Assembly (NCBI GenBank): GCA_031400935.1
Contig: JANNQV010000015.1
Span: 186,001-231,591 of the forward strand
Direction: 5' to 3'
Length of the DNA: 45,591 bases
DNA from: Armatimonadota bacterium
Lineage (GTDB): Bacteria; Armatimonadota; Fimbriimonadia; Fimbriimonadales; Fimbriimonadaceae
The notes under the pieces were generated by a model, which worked only from the letters and a program-made list of their open reading frames with translations, was not told the DNA's origin and ran no database searches. The position numbers and the translations under genes are program-made. Below, in pieces: positions 19,682 to 27,825 of the stretch (position 1 is its first letter; every line of letters starts with the position of its first letter).

Positions 19682-20907
19682 AATCAAGACAAGTCAAACA
19701 ATCGCTAGCCATTTTGGCAGCGTTGTTCTTAACTTCTAGCAGCTTTGCTTCAAGCACCATCGTTGCCAAACTTAATCCTGGATTTGATCCGCACATTGTT
19801 GCTGCGACCCTTGGAATAACTTACTTGGATTCATCACAAGGGGGGCGTTACACGCTGTTCGGGACAAGCTCTGAATCGCAATCAGAGCTGGTTGAAGCCC
19901 AACTGATTTCCACGCCAAATCCGATGGCTGCTTGGGCTGAAGACGATGACGAATTGACTGTCACCGAGTCCACAAACGGCAAAGGTGGAGGTGTGCCACA
20001 ACTCCGACGTTCGACGATTCAAACTCAATTCTCCCAAGGAAGTGCTCATGCCGAAAATACAGCAATGCTTCAACAGATTCGTTGGAATTACGAGTCGCTA
20101 AGCAACGATCGAGGCATTCGAGTCGCCATTTTAGATACGGGACTCTCGCCTCTGCAACCTGCGATTTGGAATCGAGTTGTTGCATCGGCAACAATGAATC
20201 CTCGCGAAACGAATGCGTGGGACAATCGTTTGTCGCCAGGTACGAATAATTCACACTTGTACCAAGATATTGCTGGACATGGAACGATGATAGCTGGCCT
20301 GATATATATGCTGGCCCCAGATTCAGAACTGATTATCGTACGTATCTGCGACAACTACGGAAGATCGGATACGTGGCGAGTCATAAAGGGAATCGGATTT
20401 GCATTAGAGCATGGCGCTGTGTTGGCAAATCTCAGTTTTGGCTCAATTTCGCAAGCCCACGCTCTTAAGGAAGTCATTGAGGATGCTGAAGCTGAAGGAC
20501 TGCTTTGCATTGCTCCCCTCGGAAACAACGGCAGTCAGATGGCGCTTTATCCGGCCAAAGAAGATCAAACGTTGGCTGTAAGCGGCGTTGATCATATCGA
20601 TTTGAAAGCCAGTTTTTCGAACTGGCACTTTGAAGCGGATATGTCCGCGCCTTCAACAGGGATCCGAAGCGCATGGTGGAACGGTCAAATGGCTGTTTGG
20701 AGTGGGACTTCGTTCGCTGTCCCGATCGTAACGGGTTGTCTTGCTGAAGCTTTGAAAAACCGAGGTCCAGTAGTTCCCGAAGATATTATTGACGCTGTCA
20801 ACCAAATGGGCGACAACGTTGATCCATTGAATCCGAATTATACAGGCAATCTTGGGCGTCGAGTTAACATGATAAAGATGCGCGCTGCGATCAAAGCCTT
20901 GCCGTAG
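19678..20907 (+). CDS. Secreted S8 (subtilisin-like) serine peptidase
   Basis: TTG start overlaps the CHAT stop with GGAGG upstream; signal peptide; triad [15 protein letters not shown] and SGTSFAVP. Confidence 0.93.
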   Translation: MKSRQVKQSLAILAALFLTSSSFASSTIVAKLNPGFDPHIVAATLGITYLDSSQGGRYTLFGTSSESQSELVEAQLISTPNPMAAWAEDDDELTVTESTNGKGGGVPQLRRSTIQTQFSQGSAHAENTAMLQQIRWNYESLSNDRGIRVAILDTGLSPLQPAIWNRVVASATMNPRETNAWDNRLSPGTNNSHLYQDIAGHGTMIAGLIYMLAPDSELIIVRICDNYGRSDTWRVIKGIGFALEHGAVLANLSFGSISQAHALKEVIEDAEAEGLLCIAPLGNNGSQMALYPAKEDQTLAVSGVDHIDLKASFSNWHFEADMSAPSTGIRSAWWNGQMAVWSGTSFAVPIVTGCLAEALKNRGPVVPEDIIDAVNQMGDNVDPLNPNYTGNLGRRVNMIKMRAAIKALP

Positions 20908-20965
20908 CCTGCTCACATCTAGCAACCTGAAATGGCCTAGTTCGGGTACATTTCAACCTGACCCA

Positions 20966-22096
20966 ATGACTGCAATGAGAATTTTTACTTCTGAAAGTGT
21001 TAGCGAAGGCCATCCTGACAAGCTCGCCGACCAAATCTCTGACGCCCTTCTCGACGATTGTTTGCGACAAGACCCCAATGCCCGTGTGGCAATTGAAACG
21101 CTGCTAACGCGCGGTTTAGCTGTCGTCGCAGGTGAAGTTACCGTAGATGGCTACATGGACGTTGCCGAAATTGTTCGAAAGACCATCGTGAACGTAGGCT
21201 ATACGCATACCGATTTTGGATTTGACGGAGCGACCTGCGGAGTCATGGTCGCCATTCAAGAGCAGTCGCCCGATATTTACGCAGGCGTTGTGACAGGCGG
21301 AGCAGGTGACCAGGGAATGATGTTTGGCATGGCGACTAATGAAACGCCAGAGATGATGCCGCTTACCATTGCTCTAGCCCATGCCTTGACTCGAAAACAT
21401 GCTGAAGTTCGTGCAAAGAATCGCAGCCTTGGAATCTTGCCCGACGCAAAGAGCCAAGTTTCAGTGTGGTATGAAAACGGAGTGCCAAAGAAGATTGACG
21501 CGGTCGTTTTTTCAACCCAACATGCCGTCCATTTAAATCATGCTGCGGTGGTGGACATCGTTCACGATTACATTATTGATCCAGTGCTTAAGGAATATTC
21601 GAGATACGTTGATGGCGAGATCAAGTTTTTTATAAATCCAACTGGAATTTTTACGATTGGCGGTCCTCAGGCAGATACGGGTCTTACTGGACGAAAAATC
21701 ATTGTTGACACCTACGGCGGAATGTGCCCGCATGGCGGCGGCGCTTTTTCAGGCAAAGACCCTACAAAAGTTGACCGTTCAGCAGCCTACATGGCTCGTC
21801 ACGTTGCGAAATGCGTCGTAACAGCTGGCCTAGCAGACAAAGCACAGGTGGCATTGGCGTATGCAATTGGAGTTGCACAGCCAGTCTCGGTCAACGTGGA
21901 TACTTTCGGTACGGAGAAAATTGATCCCGACGAAATCGCTAAACGAGTCGCAGATTCATTTGACTTGTCGCCTACCGGGATTATCAAGCATTTGGATCTT
22001 CGAAGGCCGATTTATCTGCCAACCGCAAAAAACGGCCATTTTGGCAATCATGCTTTTCCATGGGAAAGTGTTGTCGAAGCTGATCGGCTGAAGTGA
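20966..22096 (+). CDS. metK: Methionine adenosyltransferase
   Basis: [19 protein letters not shown] and [16 protein letters not shown]. Confidence 0.98.
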   Translation: MTAMRIFTSESVSEGHPDKLADQISDALLDDCLRQDPNARVAIETLLTRGLAVVAGEVTVDGYMDVAEIVRKTIVNVGYTHTDFGFDGATCGVMVAIQEQSPDIYAGVVTGGAGDQGMMFGMATNETPEMMPLTIALAHALTRKHAEVRAKNRSLGILPDAKSQVSVWYENGVPKKIDAVVFSTQHAVHLNHAAVVDIVHDYIIDPVLKEYSRYVDGEIKFFINPTGIFTIGGPQADTGLTGRKIIVDTYGGMCPHGGGAFSGKDPTKVDRSAAYMARHVAKCVVTAGLADKAQVALAYAIGVAQPVSVNVDTFGTEKIDPDEIAKRVADSFDLSPTGIIKHLDLRRPIYLPTAKNGHFGNHAFPWESVVEADRLK

Positions 22097-22107
22097 TTGG
22101 GTCGAGA

Positions 22108-22245
22108 GGGTATCGGGCATTGGGTATTGGGTATTGGGTTTTGGGTTTTGGGTTGCTCGAAACAACTAGTCCGCGAATCCGTCTGTGACGCGTTCTGCGA
22201 TCCATCAAGTTAAGTCGAAACCCCCATACCACATACCCTAAACCC
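22108..22245. repeat. Inverted pair of heptamer tandem arrays (GGGTATT-type / CATACCC-type)
   Basis: About seven GGGT[AT]TT-like units at 22108-22156 and the complementary AAACCCC CATACCA CATACCC TAAACCC at 22218-22245. Confidence 0.8.
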
Positions 22246-22266
22246 AATCCTCCATAATCTCCAATA

Positions 22267-23196
22267 ATGCCCACAACGCTGACAACTTCGATTCCGGGGC
22301 TTGCTCCGCCAAAAATCGGCAAAGTTCGGGAAGTTTACGACCTCGGCGATCAGATTCTCATCGTTGCCACAGACCGTATTTCAGCATTTGACGTCGTCAT
22401 GGCGAACGGAATTCCTGACAAAGGGCGAATCCTTAATCAGATGAGCGCGTTTTGGTTTGAGAAATTTCGAGACATCTGCCCAAATCATGTGATCTCGATT
22501 GACGACGAAGAGATTTCAAAGGCCTTGGCTGCCGACAACCGCCAACCGCTAACCGCCAACCGCAAACAAGCGACCGCCGACCTCGCAGGAAGATCAACTC
22601 TTGCCAAAAAGGCAAAACCATTGCCAATTGAGTGCGTAGTTCGCGGATACCTCGCTGGTTCGCTTTTCAAAGAATATAAATCCTTTGGAGGTGGAGTACA
22701 TGGCCTGAGTTTGTCACCAGGATTGCTCGATGGAAGCCAATTGCCGGAGCCAATTTTCACACCAGCCACAAAGGCCGAGGAAGGCCATGACGAAAATCTA
22801 AGCTGGAATCAGGCTGTAAGTATCGTTGGAAAGGAAATCGCAGAAACAGCTCGTAATTGGTCGTTGGAAATCTACACTCTTGCTTCAGAATTTGCGGCGA
22901 GTAAGGGCATTTTGCTCGCCGATACCAAATTCGAATTCGGCGAAACCGATGAAGGGCTCATCTGGATTGACGAGGCACTGACACCAGATTCGTCTCGATT
23001 TTGGCCCGTTGAAACATATCAACCTGGCGCACCTCAGCCGAGCTACGACAAACAGTTTGTCCGAGATTATCTAGAATCAATGAACTGGAACAAGCAACCA
23101 CCTGGACCGACATTGCCTGATAAAGTTGTGATCGGCACTCGCGCAAAATACCTCGAAGCGTTTGAGCGATTGGTCGGTAAACCACTGGTTTTGTAG
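22267..23196 (+). CDS. purC: Phosphoribosylaminoimidazolesuccinocarboxamide synthase
   Basis: GKVREVY, TDRISAFD, PIECVVRGY, ADTKFEFG, DEALTPDSSRFW and DKQFVRD. Confidence 0.97.
   Translation: MPTTLTTSIPGLAPPKIGKVREVYDLGDQILIVATDRISAFDVVMANGIPDKGRILNQMSAFWFEKFRDICPNHVISIDDEEISKALAADNRQPLTANRKQATADLAGRSTLAKKAKPLPIECVVRGYLAGSLFKEYKSFGGGVHGLSLSPGLLDGSQLPEPIFTPATKAEEGHDENLSWNQAVSIVGKEIAETARNWSLEIYTLASEFAASKGILLADTKFEFGETDEGLIWIDEALTPDSSRFWPVETYQPGAPQPSYDKQFVRDYLESMNWNKQPPGPTLPDKVVIGTRAKYLEAFERLVGKPLVL
22537..22578 (+). repeat. Heptamer array (AACCGCN-type x6) within purC
   Basis: AACCGCC AACCGCT AACCGCC AACCGCA AACAAGC GACCGCC = 42 nt, frame-preserving. Confidence 0.8.
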
Positions 23197-24471
23197 ATGA
23201 TTTGGGTCTACAACATTCTGCTGCTCCTCCTTTCACCAATTTGGCTAGGGATCATGTGGCTAAAGAATGCCAAAAGGAAAGAAAAAATTGACTGGGCTGA
23301 ACGGTTTGGGGATTACAAAATTCCACTTAGTACTGATCGAAAGCGAATTTGGATTCATGCAGTTTCAGTTGGAGAAGTCATGGCCGCCAGGCCAATTGTC
23401 GAAAAAGTAAGAGTACTTCTCCCCGAATATGAAATCGTTTGCACCGTCGGCACTGGGTCGGGATACGCGACTGCAAAAGAGCAGTATTCGGATTGTGCAG
23501 ACTACGTTTTCTTCATCCCAATTGACCTCATGAGGATGCAATTCAATGCCCTTCAGCGCGTCTTGCCCGCCGTTGTTGTCTTTATGGAATCTGAGCATTG
23601 GCCGAATTTTATGGCAATTGCCTCGCAAATGGGAATTCGCAAAATATTGGTAAACGGAAGAGTTTCTGATCGAACTTTTCAACGGTGCAAATGGTTTGGA
23701 TGGTTCTTGCGTTTGGCTGTTTCGCAACATGATCGCTGCTTAATGCAAACCGAAACCGATGCGGAGCGAATCAAGTCAATCGGTGGGAAAAGTGTTGAGG
23801 TTTTTGGGAACTCAAAATTTGATGAAGCCTTGCCAACTGATCCAAATTTGGCTTCAAAGTGGCGTGAAATTCTCAAGATTCCATGTGACAAAAAAGTTAT
23901 TGTGATTGGCTCAACTCGTGGCGAAGAAGATGAGAGATTTGTGTTCAAAGCACTCTTGCAATCCGATCTCGAAGGAGTTGTAGTCGTTCACGCTCCACGC
24001 CATTTAGAGCGTGTTGAAGCCATTTCGGCGTCCGTTGTTGAGAATTTTGGGAACGTTGCTCTTCGCTCAAAAGGTGAAACCGGAAACTACATTCTGCTCG
24101 ATACTATGGGCGAGTTAGGAGAAGTCTATTCCGTGGCTGATGTAGTGATCGTCGGCGGAGGATTTGCAAATTTGGGCGGGCAAAACATTCTTCAGCCTTT
24201 GGCACACGGGAAGCCGGTCATTCATGGACAATTCATGCACAATTTTCGAGATATAGCTGCTGCGGCCATGGCTTCTGGTGCGACTCAGGTTGTTGAAACC
24301 CCTGAGGATTTGTCTACTTCGCTTGAACGTTTGTTAAACGACGATGCGGAAAGAAATGAGCGAGGAATGGCGGCAAAATCGTTTGTAATGGCAAACGCAG
24401 GGGCCAGCGATCGCTATGCTCAAGCAATCGTTGATGAGGTTCGAAAGTTCGAGTCCACCTTGAAAAAGTGA
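23197..24471 (+). CDS. waaA: 3-deoxy-D-manno-octulosonic acid (Kdo) transferase
   Basis: IWIHAVSVGE, ESEHWPN, NGRVSDR, GNSKFD, PRHLER, DTMGEL and GGQNILQP. Confidence 0.93.
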   Translation: MIWVYNILLLLLSPIWLGIMWLKNAKRKEKIDWAERFGDYKIPLSTDRKRIWIHAVSVGEVMAARPIVEKVRVLLPEYEIVCTVGTGSGYATAKEQYSDCADYVFFIPIDLMRMQFNALQRVLPAVVVFMESEHWPNFMAIASQMGIRKILVNGRVSDRTFQRCKWFGWFLRLAVSQHDRCLMQTETDAERIKSIGGKSVEVFGNSKFDEALPTDPNLASKWREILKIPCDKKVIVIGSTRGEEDERFVFKALLQSDLEGVVVVHAPRHLERVEAISASVVENFGNVALRSKGETGNYILLDTMGELGEVYSVADVVIVGGGFANLGGQNILQPLAHGKPVIHGQFMHNFRDIAAAAMASGATQVVETPEDLSTSLERLLNDDAERNERGMAAKSFVMANAGASDRYAQAIVDEVRKFESTLKK

Positions 24472-24498
24472 CGGCAAAGCCCCGGTACACTCCACTCA

Positions 24499-24996
24499 AT
24501 GAGCAATCCAATCGTCGGCATCATCATGGGCAGCAAAAGCGACTGGCCCACCATGAAGGAAGCTGCGGAAATGCTTGCTCAGTTTGTGGTCGAGCACGAA
24601 GTCGAGGTCATCAGCGCCCACCGAACACCCGACCGAATGGCGGACTATGCCAAGTCTTCACGGGAAAGAGGTCTCAAAGTCGTCATTGCAGGGGCTGGCG
24701 GAGCCGCACATTTGCCGGGAATGGTGGCTTCCATGACCACTTTGCCTGTAATTGGAGTTCCCATCCAGTCAAAGGCACTTTCTGGCGTAGATTCGCTTCA
24801 TTCCATCGTGCAAATGCCAACAGGAATTCCTGTTGCCACCGTAGCAATTGGTGGAGGCGCTAACGCTGGGCTTTTGGCACTGCGAATACTAGGAGCGTTT
24901 GACGCGGAAATCGCCGACAAATTGGAAGCCTATCGCTTGCAGCTTGAATCAAACGTGAAGCAGATGAATGTTGAAGTTCAGGAAGAACGGAGCTAG
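24499..24996 (+). CDS. purE: N5-carboxyaminoimidazole ribonucleotide mutase
   Basis: [24 protein letters not shown] and IVQMP.G.PVATV. Confidence 0.97.
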   Translation: MSNPIVGIIMGSKSDWPTMKEAAEMLAQFVVEHEVEVISAHRTPDRMADYAKSSRERGLKVVIAGAGGAAHLPGMVASMTTLPVIGVPIQSKALSGVDSLHSIVQMPTGIPVATVAIGGGANAGLLALRILGAFDAEIADKLEAYRLQLESNVKQMNVEVQEERS

Positions 24997-25073
24997 TGCC
25001 GGAGTGGGGAGTGCAGAATGCTGAGAGCGGCACCGAAATCCGATTACTGAAAACATACAAAAAACTGCCGCCT

Positions 25074-25142
25074 ACCGCTAACCACAACTTGCCAACAATC
25101 TGCAAACCACCTGCCGACTACTTGCCAACAACTTGCAGACCA
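25074..25142 (+). repeat. Tandem 11-mer array (CTTGCCAACAA-like x5) preceded by ACCGCTA-type heptamers
   Basis: CTTGCCAACAA TCTGCAAACCA CCTGCCGACTA CTTGCCAACAA CTTGCAGACCA at 25088-25142. Confidence 0.75.
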
Positions 25143-25145
25143 AAT

Positions 25146-25748
25146 TCAGTCGCTTGCCCGTTTCGCCATTCTAGTCAAAATTTCATAAGCCTGCGGGTCA
25201 AGCAAAATGTCCTTGATGTAGAACGATAGTTTGAAGTCTTCGGTCGCAGTAGCGGCATCATAACTCGAATCGTAAGCCTTGATGTCAATTGACTTGGACG
25301 CAACCGTTAATTGACCCTTGTTCCACGATTTTTTGATTTCAGCAAGGACAATTTCGGCATTTTCTCCGGCGGCAATCTGCCTTCGAACTGAAAATGCAAT
25401 GAAGAGCTTATTCATTTCCTTCAGAAAATCAATGCTTGGGACTTTGCCTTTGTCAGCGCCATCGGCAATGACCCCATCAATTCGCCCTTCGTACTTGATC
25501 AAATCATCAGCCTCAAGCCCTTCAATTTCCTTGACCTTTCTTCGACATTTTTCGATCGGCCCGAGCAAGCTGTTGATCTGCGATTTCGTCAAAGTCAACG
25601 GCAAAAGGTGGTTCAGCAAATCAAGTTGACGAGCTTTTTTTAGAATTGCATCGCTGCGTTTGGCCTTGTCCGACGTTTGGGCAAGAGTCATTGACGATAC
25701 CGTCGCTAAAACGACGAAAACACACAAAAAGCGAAATACCATTTTCAT
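25146..25748 (-). CDS. Secreted hypothetical protein
   Basis: Signal peptide ending TLA|Q; helical body; 4-nt overlap with the upstream gene. Confidence 0.75.
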   Translation of the reverse strand: MKMVFRFLCVFVVLATVSSMTLAQTSDKAKRSDAILKKARQLDLLNHLLPLTLTKSQINSLLGPIEKCRRKVKEIEGLEADDLIKYEGRIDGVIADGADKGKVPSIDFLKEMNKLFIAFSVRRQIAAGENAEIVLAEIKKSWNKGQLTVASKSIDIKAYDSSYDAATATEDFKLSFYIKDILLDPQAYEILTRMAKRASD

Positions 25749-26110
25749 TTTGAAACAACTTCCTTCCCGTCAGACGGTGCTGAATCTGTTGGAGTTACGG
25801 TTTCCAATACGATTCCGAGCAACAAATCAATTGCCAAGACTTGAAGCCCAACAAATGCGCAACCAACTAAGCACGCCAAAAGCCATGCCAAAAGTGTTAG
25901 CGAACCGTTGGAAATTCCGCCCATCGCCTGCAATCCAATAAGACTTGCAAGCAGTGCAACAGCAGAGCCAACCAAGATCAGGGTTGCCAAAGCAATTCGT
26001 TTTCCTCGAGAAAAACCTGAGAAAAAGCTCATTTTTTGGCACTTTCGAAAAACGAAATAGCCGAATCCGAGCCATACCACAAAGCAAATTCCAACCTGGA
26101 TTCCAAGCAC
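25745..26110 (-). CDS. Small membrane protein (3 TM)
   Basis: Three hydrophobic segments; GTG start at 26110 lies 6 nt after TACTAT. Confidence 0.65.
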   Translation of the reverse strand: MLGIQVGICFVVWLGFGYFVFRKCQKMSFFSGFSRGKRIALATLILVGSAVALLASLIGLQAMGGISNGSLTLLAWLLACLVGCAFVGLQVLAIDLLLGIVLETVTPTDSAPSDGKEVVSK

Positions 26111-26131
26111 GATCAAATAGTACCTGTAGGA

Positions 26132-26172
26132 GTTAGCGGTTGTTGGCAAGCGGCTGGCAAGTGGTCGGCAAG
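26132..26172 (-). repeat. Tandem 11-mer array (CTTGCC-N5 x3), inverted relative to the 25088-25142 array
   Basis: Minus strand reads CTTGCCGACCA CTTGCCAGCCG CTTGCCAACAA CCGCTAAC. Confidence 0.7.
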
Positions 26173-26234
26173 TGGCTTAACGTAAATGTGACGAAGGGGA
26201 CATAGGCGACTTAGGGGAAGATTGAACACACCAG

Positions 26235-26266
26235 CAATCCACAATCGGCAATCCAAAATCCAAAAT
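26235..26266 (+). repeat. Heptamer array (AATCCAA-type)
   Basis: CAATCCA CAATCGG CAATCCA AAATCCA AAAT upstream of the PfkB gene. Confidence 0.6.
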
Positions 26267-26296
26267 GTGCCGCTCTCCGCGGTAATCTTTGCGCTC

Positions 26297-27202
26297 ATGA
26301 TTCTTGTTTTCGGCACTCTATGCCTCGACCGAGTTCGGCGAATCGCTTCCTTGCCCCAACAAGGGGGTTACGCGGAGGTGTACGACGAAGAGGTTTTGCT
26401 TGGCGGCGAGGCCGCGAACACTTCAAACGCCTTGAATCAGTGGAACGCTAATTTTTCTCTTGTTGGGAATGTTCTAGGCGAAGGCGACTATGCCGACCTG
26501 CTTCTCAAAAAGATTGTCGAGAAGGGCCTACCTACGCACCAACTGAAATTGCGTCCGGGAGTCACCCCGCTTTGCGACATCTATGTAACCCCAGATGGCG
26601 ACCGAACTATGTTTGGAGTTGGCTTTGAATCGCTTTCAGCTACAAATGAATTGGAGGCGATTCCATATGAGGCAGATGGCTGGTTTACCGTTGACATGAA
26701 TCTTGGAGACGCCGGCAGGTCTGCTGTATGCCAGGCTCGAGCCGCTGGGATGAAGATTTATCTGATGGACTTTCTTCGGCCAGACGATCCAATTGACGAA
26801 CATACCTATTGGCAATCGAGCACGGATTGGGCAGGTGTGCGTGGCAACACCCAGAAGAATGTTGCATATGTGCAAAAACTTGTTGCCGAGCGGGGTTGCT
26901 TTGCAGTGCTCAGCGACGGCCCAAATGGATTAGTTGCTGGTTCGCCTGAGATCAAAGTAAGGCACTATCCGCCTTATCCAACGGTTTCCTACGTTGACTC
27001 GACTGGCGCAGGAGATGTTTTTCGTGGAGGAATGTTGTTTGGGCTAGATCAAGGCTGGCCAATTCAAAAATGCTTGCAATTTGCGTCAGCCGCGGGTTGT
27101 CTCAAATGTCAATTCTTGGGTGCGACCATGTTTTCGGCTTCAGTTCAAGAAATTGAAGAGCACATTGAAAACAACTCCGAAGTGAGCAAGAGGTATTTGT
27201 GA
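26297..27202 (+). CDS. PfkB family carbohydrate kinase
   Basis: MILVFGTLCLD N-terminus, GGEAAN, DGDRT and VDSTGAGDVF signature. Confidence 0.92.
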   Translation: MILVFGTLCLDRVRRIASLPQQGGYAEVYDEEVLLGGEAANTSNALNQWNANFSLVGNVLGEGDYADLLLKKIVEKGLPTHQLKLRPGVTPLCDIYVTPDGDRTMFGVGFESLSATNELEAIPYEADGWFTVDMNLGDAGRSAVCQARAAGMKIYLMDFLRPDDPIDEHTYWQSSTDWAGVRGNTQKNVAYVQKLVAERGCFAVLSDGPNGLVAGSPEIKVRHYPPYPTVSYVDSTGAGDVFRGGMLFGLDQGWPIQKCLQFASAAGCLKCQFLGATMFSASVQEIEEHIENNSEVSKRYL

Positions 27203-27636
27203 GCTTCGATCCAGCAGTCACCGAAGAACGGATTCGGGTTCGGTATGGCGAGACGGATCAGATGGGACACGCCTATTATTCCAACTACCTCCTTTGGTTT
27301 GAGCAAGCTAGGGGAGCTTGGTGCCGAGACCGAGCATTCACATACAAGAGTTGGGAAGAGCAAGGGATTTATTTGCCAGTTGTTGAAGTTCACGTGCGGT
27401 ATCGAGGAGAAGTCAAATACGACGATTGGATTCGAATTCAGGTTAGGGTTACCGAAGTGAAGAGGGCAGCGATCCAGTTTTCTTATGAAATTTTGAATGA
27501 ATCAACAGGAAAAATCACAACCGAAGGTTACACTTGGCATGTATTTATGGGAACTAAACGCACGTCAATTTCCATTCCAGAGAGTATCAAAGGATTGCTG
27601 ACTAGAAATCCAGCTGAGTTTGAAAAGTTGGACTAA
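27199..27636 (+). CDS. Acyl-CoA thioesterase (YbgC/4-HBT family)
   Basis: RVRYGETDQMGHAYYSNYLLWFEQAR motif. Confidence 0.92.
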   Translation: MSFDPAVTEERIRVRYGETDQMGHAYYSNYLLWFEQARGAWCRDRAFTYKSWEEQGIYLPVVEVHVRYRGEVKYDDWIRIQVRVTEVKRAAIQFSYEILNESTGKITTEGYTWHVFMGTKRTSISIPESIKGLLTRNPAEFEKLD

Positions 27637-27723
27637 GTCATTGAATGCAGTCGAAATGCGATGTCGAGTTTATTTGAAAGTTGTCCCTCTAGCAACCATT
27701 TTGAACCAAAAACTTTGAGCCGA

Positions 27724-27773
27724 GAACGGCGAGACGCCATTCAACACAGAAGCGGGCGGGACGCCCGCGCTCC
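27724..27773 (-). repeat. CGTC-type REP-like palindromes
   Basis: Minus strand GGAGCGCGGGCGTCCCGCCCGC (27752-27773) and GAATGGCGTCTCGCCGTTC (27724-27742). Confidence 0.65.
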
Positions 27774-27825
27774 TATAGGGGAGCATTTCCAAATCAATTT
27801 CGACGTATAGTTAAAGAATAATCTA

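Noticed and set aside
20908..20965. SAM riboswitch upstream of metK
   Set aside because: Only 58 bp of intergenic space and no recognisable SAM-I core.
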